From Enterobacterales bacterium (GTDB taxonomy: Bacteria; Pseudomonadota; Gammaproteobacteria; Enterobacterales; GCA-2746155), in contig OZ252282.1 of the NCBI GenBank assembly GCA_965250035.1, positions 593,395 to 657,394 of the forward strand: 64,000 nucleotides of DNA, given 5' to 3'. Position 1 is the stretch's first letter, and each line of letters starts with the position of its first letter. A program made the position numbers and the translations under genes. A model generated the notes under the pieces. That model did not search any database. It saw only the letters and a program-made list of their open reading frames with translations, and was not told where the DNA came from. Below are positions 7,227-18,267 of this stretch, piece by piece.

Positions 7227-9659
7227 ATGAGATTTAATAATAAAAAATTATTATTACCACTAGCCATTAGCATGGCAATTTACGGACCGACCGCCGTCGC
7301 ACAAGAAAGCGATGATGTAGACGATGATGAAAATGTCGTCATCGTAACCGCTCAGAAACGTTCTGAACGATTATCTGAAGTACCCATCGCGATGAGCGTA
7401 TTCGGTGATGACAAGATTGATCAGACCGGGGTGCAGGAATTGCGCGAACTCGGCGATTTCATTCCCAACATGGTGATAACTCAGGGAACAGATTTTAACT
7501 CCCGTATTTATGTCCGTGGTGTCGGTGCAGCTTCAAGAAACATTGGTTTCGATTCACGTGTTGGTGTCTATCTTGATGGTGTATACCTCGGCCAGGGACC
7601 GTCAGTGAATCAGGATCTGGTTGATCTACAACAGGTAGAAGTTCTCCGTGGACCACAGGGTACGCTGTTTGGTAAGAACACGGTCGCCGGTGCGATTAGC
7701 ATGGTATCCAAGAAACCCGATGAATACTTCGAAGGGAAGGTGACACTCGGTGCTGGTAATTATAATGCCAGAGAGATGAAGGCGAGCATCAATCTGCCGC
7801 TATCAGATAGCATCTACCTGAAAGTAGCAATGTCAGATCGCGCGAGAGACGGTTACATCACAAACGTCTACACCGAAGGCCAATTACCAACAACGTTAAA
7901 TACCGTCGTCGCGGGGGTACCAGTTTTCAACATCGCACTACCGGGACCAATCGAGACTTCTACACCACCCAATACAACGGATGACTATAATAACCAGGAC
8001 ACTAACTCCTATCGAGCACAAATTCGTTTTGCTGTCGATGAGGACTTAGACATCAATCTGGCATTCGATGGCCTGGAGTCAGCTCGAGCTTCCGTCTTAG
8101 GTGTACCAATTACCTCGACGTTTGGTGATACACCCTTCAGCTTTGCAGACACGTCTAATAACGAAATCAATGAAAGTTTCAGAAATCGTGAAACTCGCGA
8201 TATCGAGGGTGCTAGTTTAAATATCGAGTACACCTTCGACAATGACTATACATTCCGCTCGATCACCGGTGTTCGTGATACCGAAATCTACTATGGTAAT
8301 GACACTGATTACTCGCCATTGGATTTCTTATTCCTCTTTTATCAGGATATCTACAAGCAAGATTCTCAGGAATTCCAGCTTATTTCACCCGATGATGCGA
8401 AGTTTAAATATGTTGTCGGTCTGTATCTATATGAGCAGGAGTCGACAACGATTCGAAATGCGATAGCCGGTAATGCGGGATACTTCTTCGGTGTTCCTGT
8501 CGGTGGTGGTGCCTTTAATGATGGCCAGGTAGATACCAGCAGTAGTGCGCTGTACGTTAGCGGTAGCTATGAATTCAATGACCAATGGACATTAGGATTC
8601 GGTGCTCGCTACTCGGATGAAGATAAGGATGTGAATTGGCACCTGGATGGTAGCACTTCAGGTAGTTTTGGAATTGGTAATACGCCTTCATCTGGTCTGA
8701 AAGACACGCGTAACGATACCAACTTCTCACCCGCTATCAGTTTGAATTATGCCCATTCAGCCGATACCAACATGTATGTTAAATACTCGACGGGTTTCAA
8801 GTCGGGCGGCTATAACCTCGATTTCGTAACCCAGTCGGACATCGAAGCGGGTCTGGAATTCGATAAGGAAACCGTAGACAGTATCGAATTAGGTATGAAA
8901 TTGACCTTACTCGATAATCGAATGACCCTGAATATGGCCTACTTCGATTCTACGTATGAAGACTATCAGGTTAATCAGTTCTTCGATCTAGGTTTGGCAG
9001 CAGATGGCACACCCTTGACCTCGATTCGTATTGAAAATGCGGCAGAGGTGGACACCAGTGGTCTAGAGTTTGAGATGAACTACCGAGTGACCGATTCGTT
9101 GACATTAACCGGCTCGCTCGGCTTGCTGGATGCAACCTTTGCTAGCTTCCCTAACGGCGCAAGTACCGAAGTCATCACCGCAGGTGGTACTCTGGCTCGC
9201 GTACCCGAAGACGCCGCTGGCAATGATCTGCCCTATGCCGCAGACCTGACCTCAGCATTCGGTGTTGAGTATGTCGGAGAAATTAGCTCATGGGATATGC
9301 TCACTATGTTCCGTCTCGATGTGACACACACCAGTGGTTATTTCACAACCATCAATAACGTCAAGGAACGTATCGTACCCGGTACACACCCGCTGACGTT
9401 TGCTCTGGATTTACCAAACTTCCTAGGTTCGGCCACGACATTACCAACGGTACCTTATGGTTACATCGAATCAAATACCATGCTCAATGCGCGCTTCGGT
9501 TTGATGAGTAATGATTCCGGATGGGAGGTCTACTTTTGGGGTAGGAACCTGACGGATGTTGATGAGCCAGTTGATAGTTTCCGTGAATTCTTTGGAACGC
9601 TGGTCAATACACCACGTACTCCCAGAACCTATGGTATAGAAGTTATCTACACATTCTAA
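7227..9659 (+). CDS. TonB-dependent outer-membrane receptor
   Basis: Signal peptide MRFNNKKLLLPLAISMAIYGPTAVAQE. Plug region VVIVTAQKRSERLSEVPIAMSV and VEVLRGPQGTLFGKNT. Long beta-barrel ending in the terminal aromatic YTF. ATG at 7227 with GGAG at 7215 is preferred over 7134. Confidence 0.85.
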   Translation: MRFNNKKLLLPLAISMAIYGPTAVAQESDDVDDDENVVIVTAQKRSERLSEVPIAMSVFGDDKIDQTGVQELRELGDFIPNMVITQGTDFNSRIYVRGVGAASRNIGFDSRVGVYLDGVYLGQGPSVNQDLVDLQQVEVLRGPQGTLFGKNTVAGAISMVSKKPDEYFEGKVTLGAGNYNAREMKASINLPLSDSIYLKVAMSDRARDGYITNVYTEGQLPTTLNTVVAGVPVFNIALPGPIETSTPPNTTDDYNNQDTNSYRAQIRFAVDEDLDINLAFDGLESARASVLGVPITSTFGDTPFSFADTSNNEINESFRNRETRDIEGASLNIEYTFDNDYTFRSITGVRDTEIYYGNDTDYSPLDFLFLFYQDIYKQDSQEFQLISPDDAKFKYVVGLYLYEQESTTIRNAIAGNAGYFFGVPVGGGAFNDGQVDTSSSALYVSGSYEFNDQWTLGFGARYSDEDKDVNWHLDGSTSGSFGIGNTPSSGLKDTRNDTNFSPAISLNYAHSADTNMYVKYSTGFKSGGYNLDFVTQSDIEAGLEFDKETVDSIELGMKLTLLDNRMTLNMAYFDSTYEDYQVNQFFDLGLAADGTPLTSIRIENAAEVDTSGLEFEMNYRVTDSLTLTGSLGLLDATFASFPNGASTEVITAGGTLARVPEDAAGNDLPYAADLTSAFGVEYVGEISSWDMLTMFRLDVTHTSGYFTTINNVKERIVPGTHPLTFALDLPNFLGSATTLPTVPYGYIESNTMLNARFGLMSNDSGWEVYFWGRNLTDVDEPVDSFREFFGTLVNTPRTPRTYGIEVIYTF

Positions 9660-9743
9660 CAATGGAGAGAATGCTGCAGTTAGCATTACCACTGCAGCTC
9701 ATGACTCGAAAAATAAAAGTAGAATATAATTAGGAGTTATTTC

Positions 9744-11969
9744 ATGAAAAATTTTAAAGTTGTACTCTCCACCTTAACAGCAGCCGCCATGCTCACAGGA
9801 CTCACCGGTTGTGGTGGAGTAGAAGATATCCCGGATGCATTTTCATCCCAGACTCAGTCTGTGCCTGCGCGTATGGATCTGGTGTATTCACCGGCCGGAG
9901 GCGATCTGCCGTTACCCAATGACTTGTTGTTTAACGGTTCTAGCGACTTGACACTGAATCTACCGGCAGCCGATCCGACGGACTTCTCGGATCCTCTCGC
10001 TGCCGCAGGTACTTTGGATGGTTGGTCTGCTACCGCGCCAATCTCGATGACCTTTAACAGTTCTGATCCAGGCGTTAGTCTGAATGCTTCATCTGTTGTC
10101 GGTGGTGACACGATTAGAGTTTATAAGGTCAATACACTTCGTTCAGAGGTGGTGCCTGGTACTGGAATCATTTCACCAACAGGACCGGTGACGAGTATTG
10201 AACGCGAATTGGTCCCAAATCTGGAATACGTGGTGGTTGCAAATGGCCCACGTTCAGTCGCTATTATTCCAACCGCGCCATTAGAGCAACAGGCAGGATA
10301 CATGGTTGTCGCGACCAATGGCCTGTCTGACTCCGATGGTGAAGCAATTCTCAATGATGCTGAATTCGCTATTGTCAAATCGACGAGTCCACTTGACCCA
10401 AATACTGAAGAAGGCGCTCTGGAACCGGTCAGAGAATTAGTAAATGCCATGATCACAGCGACAGAAGCCTTTGGTGGCCCGTCGCGTTCTGAAACTATTG
10501 TGGCTTTCCAGTTTACGGTACAGTCTGTCGGTGCGGTGATGCAATCAGCCAAGCTGGCCATCATTGATGGCCCACTCGCTGCGGGTGCAACACCAGCATT
10601 GAGTTTCAGTAGTCTATTCACTGATACCACACCCTTTACAGGCATCGGTGCTGCGGATCTCTACAAAGGATCCATTGCCCTGAATTACCTGTTAGGTGTG
10701 CCGTCGGTTGAGAATCCTACCGCGCCTTTAAATACCTTCTGGCGAGCGGCTGAGCAATTACCACTTGGGCCGGGTGGAGCCTTAGTTCCAAACCCACTGC
10801 TCCCAGTGTTAGGTGATTTCCTGACCTATGCCAACTCATTCCCTGGTGTGAATTCTGTTGAAACAGCACCGCTTCTGGTGTCAATGCCTAAGGCAGCATT
10901 GTGCCCTAAGCCAGCGAATGGCTATCCAGTGGCTATTTTCCAGCATGGTATCACCTCTAACAGAACGGCTGCACTTGGAATCATGGATGCTATGGCTGCC
11001 CCACCTAGTTGTCGTGCGGTGGTTTCAATGGATCAGCCACTCCACGGTATTTCGGCGAATGATCCGGTTCACCTTGGCTTACAGGCTGCTTCTGGTGGAG
11101 CCATCGGATTATTTGAAGGCTATACGGCTGGCGGTTTACGTGAGCGAACCATGGGTGTTGATTACTTGGACAATACCACTGGTGCCCCGGGTCCAGATGG
11201 CATAGCTGATTCTTCAGGCGCACACACAATTAATCTGGCTAACCTGTTAGTTGCACGTGATAACCTGAGACAGGCGACACTTGATTTATTGTACCTTGAA
11301 AAAGCGATTGCATTCATGGATGTAGATGGTGGTGGTACCGATTTCGATGCCACTAATATTACATTCGCTGGTCATTCATTAGGTGGTATTGTCGGTTCGA
11401 ATTTTGTAGCCTATTCAGATCTGGTTCAGGCTGCTGCGCTGGTTAATCCGGGCAGTGGTATTGCTGGATTACTTGATGCGTCGTTAACTTTTGGCCCAAG
11501 AATTCGCGGTGGTATAGCTGCAGCGGCGGGTACCACGGTTGATGCACCGGAGTTTCCTGCTCTGTATGCACAGTTCTTATTCGCTGCTCAAACTGTGATT
11601 GATCCAGCGGACCCTGCGAACACAGCGGCGTTTGCACTGGTTAATGATGTACCGACGCTTATGATGCAAAACCTAAATGACAGTGTTGTTCCAAATTCAG
11701 TGGCAACGGCACCGCTTTCGGGCACTGTTCCAATGGCACGTGTGCTAGAAACTGTTCCTGTTGCAGCCTCTGCTCCGGGCCAGGTTGTCGGTAGTCGACT
11801 GTTTAGCAGACTTAACTCAGGTCTTCATGCAACGCTACTGACTCCTGCTGGCACTGCAGGACCAACTGAGTTTCTAAACGTAACAACGGAGATGCAGACT
11901 CAAGTAGTGTCTTTCTTCGCGAGTGGTGGAGCGGCACTTGTCGTTTCAGACCCTAGCTTATTAGACTAG
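9744..11969 (+). CDS. secreted lipoprotein lipase/esterase (bacterial lipase N-terminal domain plus alpha/beta hydrolase)
   Basis: Lipobox LTGLTGC. N-terminal region with LPLPNDLLF and DGWS, as in VolA/Pla-1-type lipases. Nucleophile elbow FAGHSLGG. Confidence 0.7.
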   Translation: MKNFKVVLSTLTAAAMLTGLTGCGGVEDIPDAFSSQTQSVPARMDLVYSPAGGDLPLPNDLLFNGSSDLTLNLPAADPTDFSDPLAAAGTLDGWSATAPISMTFNSSDPGVSLNASSVVGGDTIRVYKVNTLRSEVVPGTGIISPTGPVTSIERELVPNLEYVVVANGPRSVAIIPTAPLEQQAGYMVVATNGLSDSDGEAILNDAEFAIVKSTSPLDPNTEEGALEPVRELVNAMITATEAFGGPSRSETIVAFQFTVQSVGAVMQSAKLAIIDGPLAAGATPALSFSSLFTDTTPFTGIGAADLYKGSIALNYLLGVPSVENPTAPLNTFWRAAEQLPLGPGGALVPNPLLPVLGDFLTYANSFPGVNSVETAPLLVSMPKAALCPKPANGYPVAIFQHGITSNRTAALGIMDAMAAPPSCRAVVSMDQPLHGISANDPVHLGLQAASGGAIGLFEGYTAGGLRERTMGVDYLDNTTGAPGPDGIADSSGAHTINLANLLVARDNLRQATLDLLYLEKAIAFMDVDGGGTDFDATNITFAGHSLGGIVGSNFVAYSDLVQAAALVNPGSGIAGLLDASLTFGPRIRGGIAAAAGTTVDAPEFPALYAQFLFAAQTVIDPADPANTAAFALVNDVPTLMMQNLNDSVVPNSVATAPLSGTVPMARVLETVPVAASAPGQVVGSRLFSRLNSGLHATLLTPAGTAGPTEFLNVTTEMQTQVVSFFASGGAALVVSDPSLLD

Positions 11970-11990
11970 TCTATCAAGCTAATTGAACAG

Positions 11991-12020
11991 AAAAGGCCCA
12001 CTCAATGAGTGGGCTTTTTT
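11991..12020. terminator. bidirectional rho-independent terminator
   Basis: AAAA-GCCCACT-caatg-AGTGGGC-TTTTTT. The 7-bp GC-rich stem is flanked by an A-run and a T-run, at the junction of the convergent lipase and EEP genes. Confidence 0.75.
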
Positions 12021-13044
12021 ATAGGTCTACCGCAACTGCGCAGTGATCACTGAGCATGTTCTCAACGGTCATGTCTTGAAAATCGAATATCTGTGCTGAT
12101 TTTTTAATCGCATGGTGACTGGTATTGCCGACGATGATGTGGTCAATCGGTGCGGGGTACCATGGATGGCAACCAATCAGGTCCCTGGTGACAATATATA
12201 GACTTGTCGAAGTGTCTCTAAGATCGCGGGTCATACGATTGTACGGTGCCGAAATACGATGATTTAGATCACCGATGATCAGGTAAGGGTTGCCAGATGA
12301 TTCGGACGCCTTTATCCAGTCCTGTAGGATAGGGATCTGCATTCCAAGTAGTTCGCATGCCTCTCCATCCTTGCGTTGATAATTGTCAACAAAGCAACCA
12401 CTCTTAAGATGCAGATTTAATATGGTCGTTTCGCCCAGCGGCGTGTCGACTGTAATGGCCAGGCCATATCTGAGTCCAGGCCTGTTTAGTCCGAATCCTC
12501 GAATAGTATCAATACGATTCACTGCAATAGACTTGCGGACAGCAAATGCAACCTTTTGCTGAGACGAGACATTTCCGTTATCTCGACACTCATAGGACTC
12601 ACTGTCTGGCCTATCCGACATAATCACCCGCCACTCATTTGCTGGAAATAACAGGTGGGCTGCTTCGGCTGAGCCGACCTCCTGCAAGCCGACGATATCT
12701 GCATTCAGGGAAGTAGCATATTGTTTGAGTGCCTTTACCTCTTCTGTTGTTCGAGGTTTGCAGCCACTGTCGATAGGGTAGGCCAAGTGCTCTACATTCC
12801 AGGTAACGACTCTGAGATGTCCTTTGTCAGGTTGAATCTCGCTGTGTTTCTGATGGCCTCGCTGTTTGCTAGTAGACTCTGGACTCTGCTGTGCCTCAGC
12901 ATGGTCTATATGATTTGTCGACGTAAATTGGGACTGGTCATCCTGAACGGTAATGGCACTACAGGCCGCTAGGAAATATATCAATATGCTAAGTATGATT
13001 GTCTGCTGTAGTCTGTGCAAAATGGTGTCTCCGATTATGATCAT
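12019..13044 (-). CDS. endonuclease/exonuclease/phosphatase (EEP) family lipoprotein
   Basis: Motifs LRVVTWNVEHL, DIVGLQEV, IIGDLNHR and the C-terminal LSDHCAVAVDL are the EEP catalytic set. N-terminal lipobox-like YFLAAC. Confidence 0.75.
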   Translation of the reverse strand: MIIIGDTILHRLQQTIILSILIYFLAACSAITVQDDQSQFTSTNHIDHAEAQQSPESTSKQRGHQKHSEIQPDKGHLRVVTWNVEHLAYPIDSGCKPRTTEEVKALKQYATSLNADIVGLQEVGSAEAAHLLFPANEWRVIMSDRPDSESYECRDNGNVSSQQKVAFAVRKSIAVNRIDTIRGFGLNRPGLRYGLAITVDTPLGETTILNLHLKSGCFVDNYQRKDGEACELLGMQIPILQDWIKASESSGNPYLIIGDLNHRISAPYNRMTRDLRDTSTSLYIVTRDLIGCHPWYPAPIDHIIVGNTSHHAIKKSAQIFDFQDMTVENMLSDHCAVAVDL

Positions 13045-13269
13045 GGGTCAGATTAATGCTCTGAAAATTGATTTTGAGTGTTTTAATTTTTCGAACCGTT
13101 AGTGGGCCTTACGTGAATTAAGTGGCATCAGATACCATCGGTTTGAATTAATGTCAGGATAAAACACACCCCTTTGTTTACTTTTATAGTATCAATGATC
13201 TGTGTCTTCATCTAGCGGCGTACCTCAGGATGCATACACGCATTAACAATTCAATCTTGAGGATTCAAA

Positions 13270-13779
13270 ATGAACACATTAATCAAACGAATTAGTAGCA
13301 TTATTCTGGTCGCGGCCGTTATTACAACAAGCGCAATTTATGCGGGCGGTGGCTACAAGAAAAGTAGTAAAGACATCGTTGACATTGCCGCATCTAACAA
13401 TGATTTCAGTACATTGGTCGCAGCTGTCAAGGCAGCTGGCCTGGTGGATACACTGAAGGGTGATGGGCCATACACGGTATTTGCACCGACCAATGCCGCT
13501 TTCGCAAAGCTCCCAGCGGGTACGGTTGAAGATCTGCTGAAGCCAGAGAATCGTGATCAGTTAGTTAGCATTCTAACCTACCACGTAGTCGCAGGTGAGG
13601 TTCTTGCGAGTGATGTCGTAAAATTAAGCGAAGCTGCGACCGTGCAGGGCACGAGTGCATCAGTCAAGGTATCAAATAATGGTGTCATGATTGATAATGC
13701 CAATGTTGTTAAAACTGACATCAAAGCATCAAATGGTGTAATCCACGTAATCGATTCAGTTATTTTACCCAAGTCATAA
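13270..13779 (+). CDS. fasciclin (FAS1) domain protein, secreted
   Basis: Signal peptide, then [20 protein letters not shown] and [13 protein letters not shown]. Confidence 0.8.
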   Translation: MNTLIKRISSIILVAAVITTSAIYAGGGYKKSSKDIVDIAASNNDFSTLVAAVKAAGLVDTLKGDGPYTVFAPTNAAFAKLPAGTVEDLLKPENRDQLVSILTYHVVAGEVLASDVVKLSEAATVQGTSASVKVSNNGVMIDNANVVKTDIKASNGVIHVIDSVILPKS

Positions 13780-13803
13780 TCACGACATTAAGCGAACTAA
13801 ATG

Positions 13804-13833
13804 AAAAAGGTGAGCCTAAGCTCACCTTTTTTT
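13804..13833. terminator. bidirectional rho-independent terminator
   Basis: AAAAA-GGTGAGC-ctaa-GCTCACC-TTTTTTT between the convergent fasciclin and rne genes. Confidence 0.75.
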
Positions 13834-13851
13834 ATGCCTTGTAAACTCAGC

Positions 13852-16698
13852 TCAAGATTTTGCAGAATCCATTGACTCTTCGGCATTGTTCTTTGCCTCG
13901 CTAGCGGAAGCGTCGGCTGCCTTGTCGACTCCCGGCGCTGTTGCTTCTGCAAATACCATCTCGGCTTTGGGCTTTGGCTTCTGTTCTGTTTTGGCTTGCT
14001 CTACTGCAACCTCATCCACGGTGGATGGCTTTGCGGCTGGTGTAGAGGCTGGCTCTGGCATTTCAACCGGAGCTGGTGCCGTTGCCGCGGCATTAACCAT
14101 GTTTCCAAGACTTGCCTTGTTGTCAGTGGCAGGCATTTCAGCTTGTCGATGATCAGGCTTCTTGGTTTGCTCGCTTGATGCTCCTGCATCAGCAGACTGA
14201 TCCGAATATATGGGCGCGACCGCAGGAGCGTTTGCAGAACTAGTCTTCGGCTTCGAGGCGACTGGTTTAGCGGCTACCGGTTTCGCTTCAGAAGCTGGTT
14301 TTGCAACAGGTGCTGGCTCGGGAGTCTTATCACTAGTCTCCTTGGCTTGTTGGCTCTCGGCTGGTTTCTTAACCTGTGCTGCTTTCTGTGGTGCCTTCCT
14401 AGATGAACTCTTTGGCTTGGCCTTGGAGTCGGGAGCCTTCGACTTATCCGATGTCTCAGTTGCCACGGCTTCTGTAGTCGCTTCAGTCGAAGGAGCTGAC
14501 TGTTTAGCAGGGGCCGCTTGCTTCGCTTTTGGCTTAGGCTTGGCTGGTGTAGCTGGCTGCTTTTTCTCTGCCACTTTTTCTGACGTCTTCGATTGCGTCT
14601 GTTGCTGCTGTGGTTTCTGTTGTGCCTGTTGCTGTGCTTGCTGCTGCTCTGCTTGTTGCGTCACACTGGCATCTGGTTTTGCACGACGTTGATTTCGCGG
14701 CTTACGCTCTGGCCTTGCAGTCTTATCATTGGTCCTCGTCGTTGGTTTTTCCTGAGCAGTCTGGTTACGGGTGTTCGCAGGCTTGCGTTGATTCGTCGGC
14801 TTACGACCGCTGTCTCGGTTGTTCTGTTTGTTATCCGATGGCTTGTTTGCCGCCTGCTTATTCTGATTCTGTCTATTATTTCTAGGCTGCTGCTTACGAT
14901 TATTAGGACGCTGTCTGTTATTCGTCCTGGTCGAGCTTCTGCGTTGTCCCTGTTTCTTAGGCTTAGACTTGCCTTTACCGATGCCAAACAATGTTTTAAG
15001 TAGACGCTGGATCAAACCAGGCTTCGATTTTCTAGGTTTCCTGGTATTCTTTTTCTTGTCAGCTTTAGGCTGCTTGGATTGCGCGACAGGAACCGCTTGA
15101 GAGGCAGTATCTGCGAGCGATACAGCGGGTACATCAGTCGAGTTACGCACAACTTTAGCATCTGAGGCGATTGGATTTTCGAGTTCAGGCTGGCTAACCA
15201 GGTTGTAGCTGACGACGTCATTCTCTTCACCGGTACGTAATCGCTTGACCTCAAAATGCGGTGTTTCCAGGTATGGGTTTGGAATCACTACCACTCGTGT
15301 ATTTTGTCTGCGTTCAATTTGCTGAAGCACCTGGCGTTTTTCGTTTAGCAAGAAGGTCGCCACTTCAACAGGCAGTATGCACTCGATTTGACCAGTGCTA
15401 TCTTTCATCGACTCTTCTTCGATGAGTCGTAAGATTGACAGGGCAAGAGATTCTACATTGCGGATATTGCCGACCCCATTACAACGTGGGCACACAAGGC
15501 TTGAATATTCTTCGAGCGAAGGACGCAGACGTTGACGAGACATTTCCATCAGTCCAAATCGTGAAATGCGACCTACCTGGATTCGGGCACGATCCCGTTT
15601 TACAGCCTCTCTGAGGGTGTTTTCGACTTTTCGTTGATTCGATGTCTTATGCATATCGATAAAATCGATGACGATTAGGCCACCGATATCACGCAGCCTT
15701 AACTGCCGAGCGATTTCTTGCGCGGCTTCGATATTGGTATTGGTTGCTGTTTCCTCGATATCTCCGCCTTTGGTTGCGCGTGCCGAATTGATATCGATCG
15801 ATATCAGGGCTTCTGTTGGATCGATAACGATACTACCACCAGAAGGTAGGCTGACTTCGCGCATGAAGGCACTCTCGATCTGAGATTCAATCTGATAGCG
15901 ATTGAACAATGGGATCTCATGCTGGTATAACTTTAAGCGCTTGACGAAATCAGGTCTAACGAGCTCCAGATGGCGTTTTACATTCTGAAATCCCTGCTCA
16001 TTATCAATTAATATTTCGCCGACATCCGGGCGTAGATAATCTCTGATAGCCCTTATGATGACATCACTTTCCTGATGGATCAGGAATGGAGCAGGGCGCT
16101 CTTCGGCGGCCTTGGTAATGGCAATCCAAAGTTGTTCGAGCACCGACAGGTCCCACTGGATTTCTTCTTCCGCCTTGCCAACTCCTGCAGTACGAACGAT
16201 TAGCCCCATGCCACGTGGTGCTTCCACGCTTCGCATGATGTCACGCAATTCTGTTCGGTCATCGCCCTCGATACGGCGTGAAATACCGCCCGCTCTGGGA
16301 TTATTCGGCATGAGGACCAGATAACTGCCAGCCAGACTGATGAAGGTCGTAAGCGCTGCACCTTTGTTGCCACGCTCTTCCTTCTCAATTTGTACGATGA
16401 TTTCCTGACCTTCGGAAACAACATCCTTGATATTCGGTCGACCCTTGAAGCTGTAGCCTTTGGGAAAGTAGTTTCTAGCAATCTCTTTTACAGGAAGGAA
16501 ACCATGTCGTTCGGCGCCATAATCAACGAAGGCTGCCTCTAGGGAGGGCTCGACTCTGGTTATTTTGCCCTTGTAGATATTGGCCTTTTTTTGTTCTCTA
16601 CCGGGTACTTCAATATCGAGGTCATATAATTTTTGACCATCGACCATACCAACGCGCAACTCCTCTTGTTGAGTTGCGTTGATAAGCATACGTCTCAT
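13852..16698 (-). CDS. rne: ribonuclease E
   Basis: N-terminus [31 protein letters not shown]1 domain, catalytic core ([26 protein letters not shown]). Long basic/Q/A/K/P-rich low-complexity C-terminal scaffold. Confidence 0.95.
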   Translation of the reverse strand: MRRMLINATQQEELRVGMVDGQKLYDLDIEVPGREQKKANIYKGKITRVEPSLEAAFVDYGAERHGFLPVKEIARNYFPKGYSFKGRPNIKDVVSEGQEIIVQIEKEERGNKGAALTTFISLAGSYLVLMPNNPRAGGISRRIEGDDRTELRDIMRSVEAPRGMGLIVRTAGVGKAEEEIQWDLSVLEQLWIAITKAAEERPAPFLIHQESDVIIRAIRDYLRPDVGEILIDNEQGFQNVKRHLELVRPDFVKRLKLYQHEIPLFNRYQIESQIESAFMREVSLPSGGSIVIDPTEALISIDINSARATKGGDIEETATNTNIEAAQEIARQLRLRDIGGLIVIDFIDMHKTSNQRKVENTLREAVKRDRARIQVGRISRFGLMEMSRQRLRPSLEEYSSLVCPRCNGVGNIRNVESLALSILRLIEEESMKDSTGQIECILPVEVATFLLNEKRQVLQQIERRQNTRVVVIPNPYLETPHFEVKRLRTGEENDVVSYNLVSQPELENPIASDAKVVRNSTDVPAVSLADTASQAVPVAQSKQPKADKKKNTRKPRKSKPGLIQRLLKTLFGIGKGKSKPKKQGQRRSSTRTNNRQRPNNRKQQPRNNRQNQNKQAANKPSDNKQNNRDSGRKPTNQRKPANTRNQTAQEKPTTRTNDKTARPERKPRNQRRAKPDASVTQQAEQQQAQQQAQQKPQQQQTQSKTSEKVAEKKQPATPAKPKPKAKQAAPAKQSAPSTEATTEAVATETSDKSKAPDSKAKPKSSSRKAPQKAAQVKKPAESQQAKETSDKTPEPAPVAKPASEAKPVAAKPVASKPKTSSANAPAVAPIYSDQSADAGASSEQTKKPDHRQAEMPATDNKASLGNMVNAAATAPAPVEMPEPASTPAAKPSTVDEVAVEQAKTEQKPKPKAEMVFAEATAPGVDKAADASASEAKNNAEESMDSAKS

Positions 16699-17100
16699 TG
16701 TTAATTATTCCTTTTCACTAGTGACAGCGATTAGGATCAGAACAGAATTAGAATAGCAGGCTACACGTGTGCCTGGGCAAGCGTTATTGATGTTTATAAA
16801 ATATTAAAATTCAAATGGTTACGCTTCGATATTAATGTTAATTATATGCTTTTTAAGCATAGCTTTCATGATTAATAATGTCTTCTGAGTTATGGCAGAA
16901 GGTATAAATTCTATTGTTCTGATGTGTTCCGGATAATCGCGGTCTTATCATCTTTTCAGTTATCTTGAACTGAAAACTAATTATTCATTCGTAGCCAGCA
17001 CGCGTGCTGAGCAATGTGTGGTTTAGTTAGCGCACCTTGATGATTGTCTTTTGACTATCAATCATTTACTGTCTGTGCGTTTACACACGTATCATTGTGC
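16699..17100 (-). promoter_or_regulatory. probable long structured rne 5' leader and promoter region
   Basis: 484-bp non-coding gap between divergent rne and rluC with several inverted repeats (TATGCTTtttAAGCATA, CTTCTG..CAGAAG, TCAGTT..AACTGA, CAGCACGCGTGCTG, ATGATTG..CAATCAT). E. coli rne has a long autoregulatory leader. Homology has not been verified. Confidence 0.35.
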
Positions 17101-17182
17101 ATGTAATATTTACAGCGCCGCAATGATAGCAACAAATTGTACATCCGGCAATCACCAAATGGCTTAAGTGGCTGAAAAATAG

Positions 17183-18109
17183 ATGAATAACAACAATACA
17201 GAATTCCAACCCAGCCGCATGATCAGAATAACCGGACAGCAGGAAGGACAGCGAATCGATAATTTTCTGTTCAATCAGCTGAAAGGGGTCCCCAAAACCA
17301 GAATATATAAGATGTTGCGCAAGGGAGAAGTGCGCGTTAATAAGGGCCGGATCAAGCCAACCTACCGCATCCAGGCCGAGGATCAGGTGCGTATCCCTCC
17401 CGTTACTGTGTCACAGTCGAATTCATCTGTCTCAGCATCTTTAACCAAAGTTCAGGATCTCGAATCGCGAATTATTTACGAATCTGAGCGTCTATTGATC
17501 ATCAATAAGCCATCAGGAATGGCTGTTCATGGCGGTTCGGGGGAATCATTTGGCGTAATTGAAGGCTTGCGAAGTCTCAGACCCGATGCACCATTCCTCG
17601 AACTGGTTCATCGTCTGGATAAATTGACATCAGGCTGCTTGATGATCGCTAAACGACGTAGCACCCTGAGGCATCTGCATGAACAATTGCGCAATCACAC
17701 TATAAGAAAGACCTACCATTGTTGGGTTCATGGTCAATGGCCGGCTCGATTGCAAAAGGCAGAGGAATCCATCAAGACGGTTCGATATGCTAACGGTGAC
17801 AGGCGCTCGGTGGTTGATGCCACAGGCAAAGAATCTAAAACCCTGTTTAGGGTACTCAATTCAAGACAAGAATATACCCTGTTAGAAGCCAAGCCATATA
17901 GCGGCCGCATGCATCAAATCAGGGTGCATTGTCAATTTCATGGTCACCCAATCTGTGGCGACCCCAAATACACCTCTTCGGATTATGATAATAAGCCGTT
18001 TAATCGACTCTATTTACATGCCCATGAACTCGTGTTTACCGAACGGCCAGAGGAGGCACCTATTCAGGTCCAATGTGATTCCAGCTCTTTCCTCAGTTTT
18101 TGTGACTAA
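17183..18109 (+). CDS. rluC: 23S rRNA pseudouridine synthase, RluC-like (RluA family)
   Basis: S4-like N-terminus (LRKGEVRVNKGRIKPTYR), catalytic HRLDKLTSGCLMIAKR, and the conserved divergent position next to rne. Confidence 0.85.
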   Translation: MNNNNTEFQPSRMIRITGQQEGQRIDNFLFNQLKGVPKTRIYKMLRKGEVRVNKGRIKPTYRIQAEDQVRIPPVTVSQSNSSVSASLTKVQDLESRIIYESERLLIINKPSGMAVHGGSGESFGVIEGLRSLRPDAPFLELVHRLDKLTSGCLMIAKRRSTLRHLHEQLRNHTIRKTYHCWVHGQWPARLQKAEESIKTVRYANGDRRSVVDATGKESKTLFRVLNSRQEYTLLEAKPYSGRMHQIRVHCQFHGHPICGDPKYTSSDYDNKPFNRLYLHAHELVFTERPEEAPIQVQCDSSSFLSFCD

Positions 18110-18267
18110 ATGTTACTAACTCGCTGATTTAACACTTTAAAATAAAAATTAATTTTCCTATTGTCCTTTTGATGTCATTGACTAAGCTTCGATAATAAAG
18201 CGAAGAAATATTTGCAGATCTTGTATTGGAATTTCGCTATTAGAATTGGTCAGAGGGTTCTTACATT

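Noticed and set aside
9854-11637. Antisense and alternate-frame ORFs (63-174 aa) inside the lipase gene
   Set aside because: All are embedded in a long ORF with clear lipase motifs. Their products are low-complexity and lack start signals.
13886-15003. Several plus-strand ORFs (60-160 aa) rich in A/G/C/L, antisense to the rne 3' half
   Set aside because: They mirror the low-complexity A/K/P/Q-rich C-terminal region of RNase E. Open antisense frames are the expected compositional artefact, and they have no start context or motifs.
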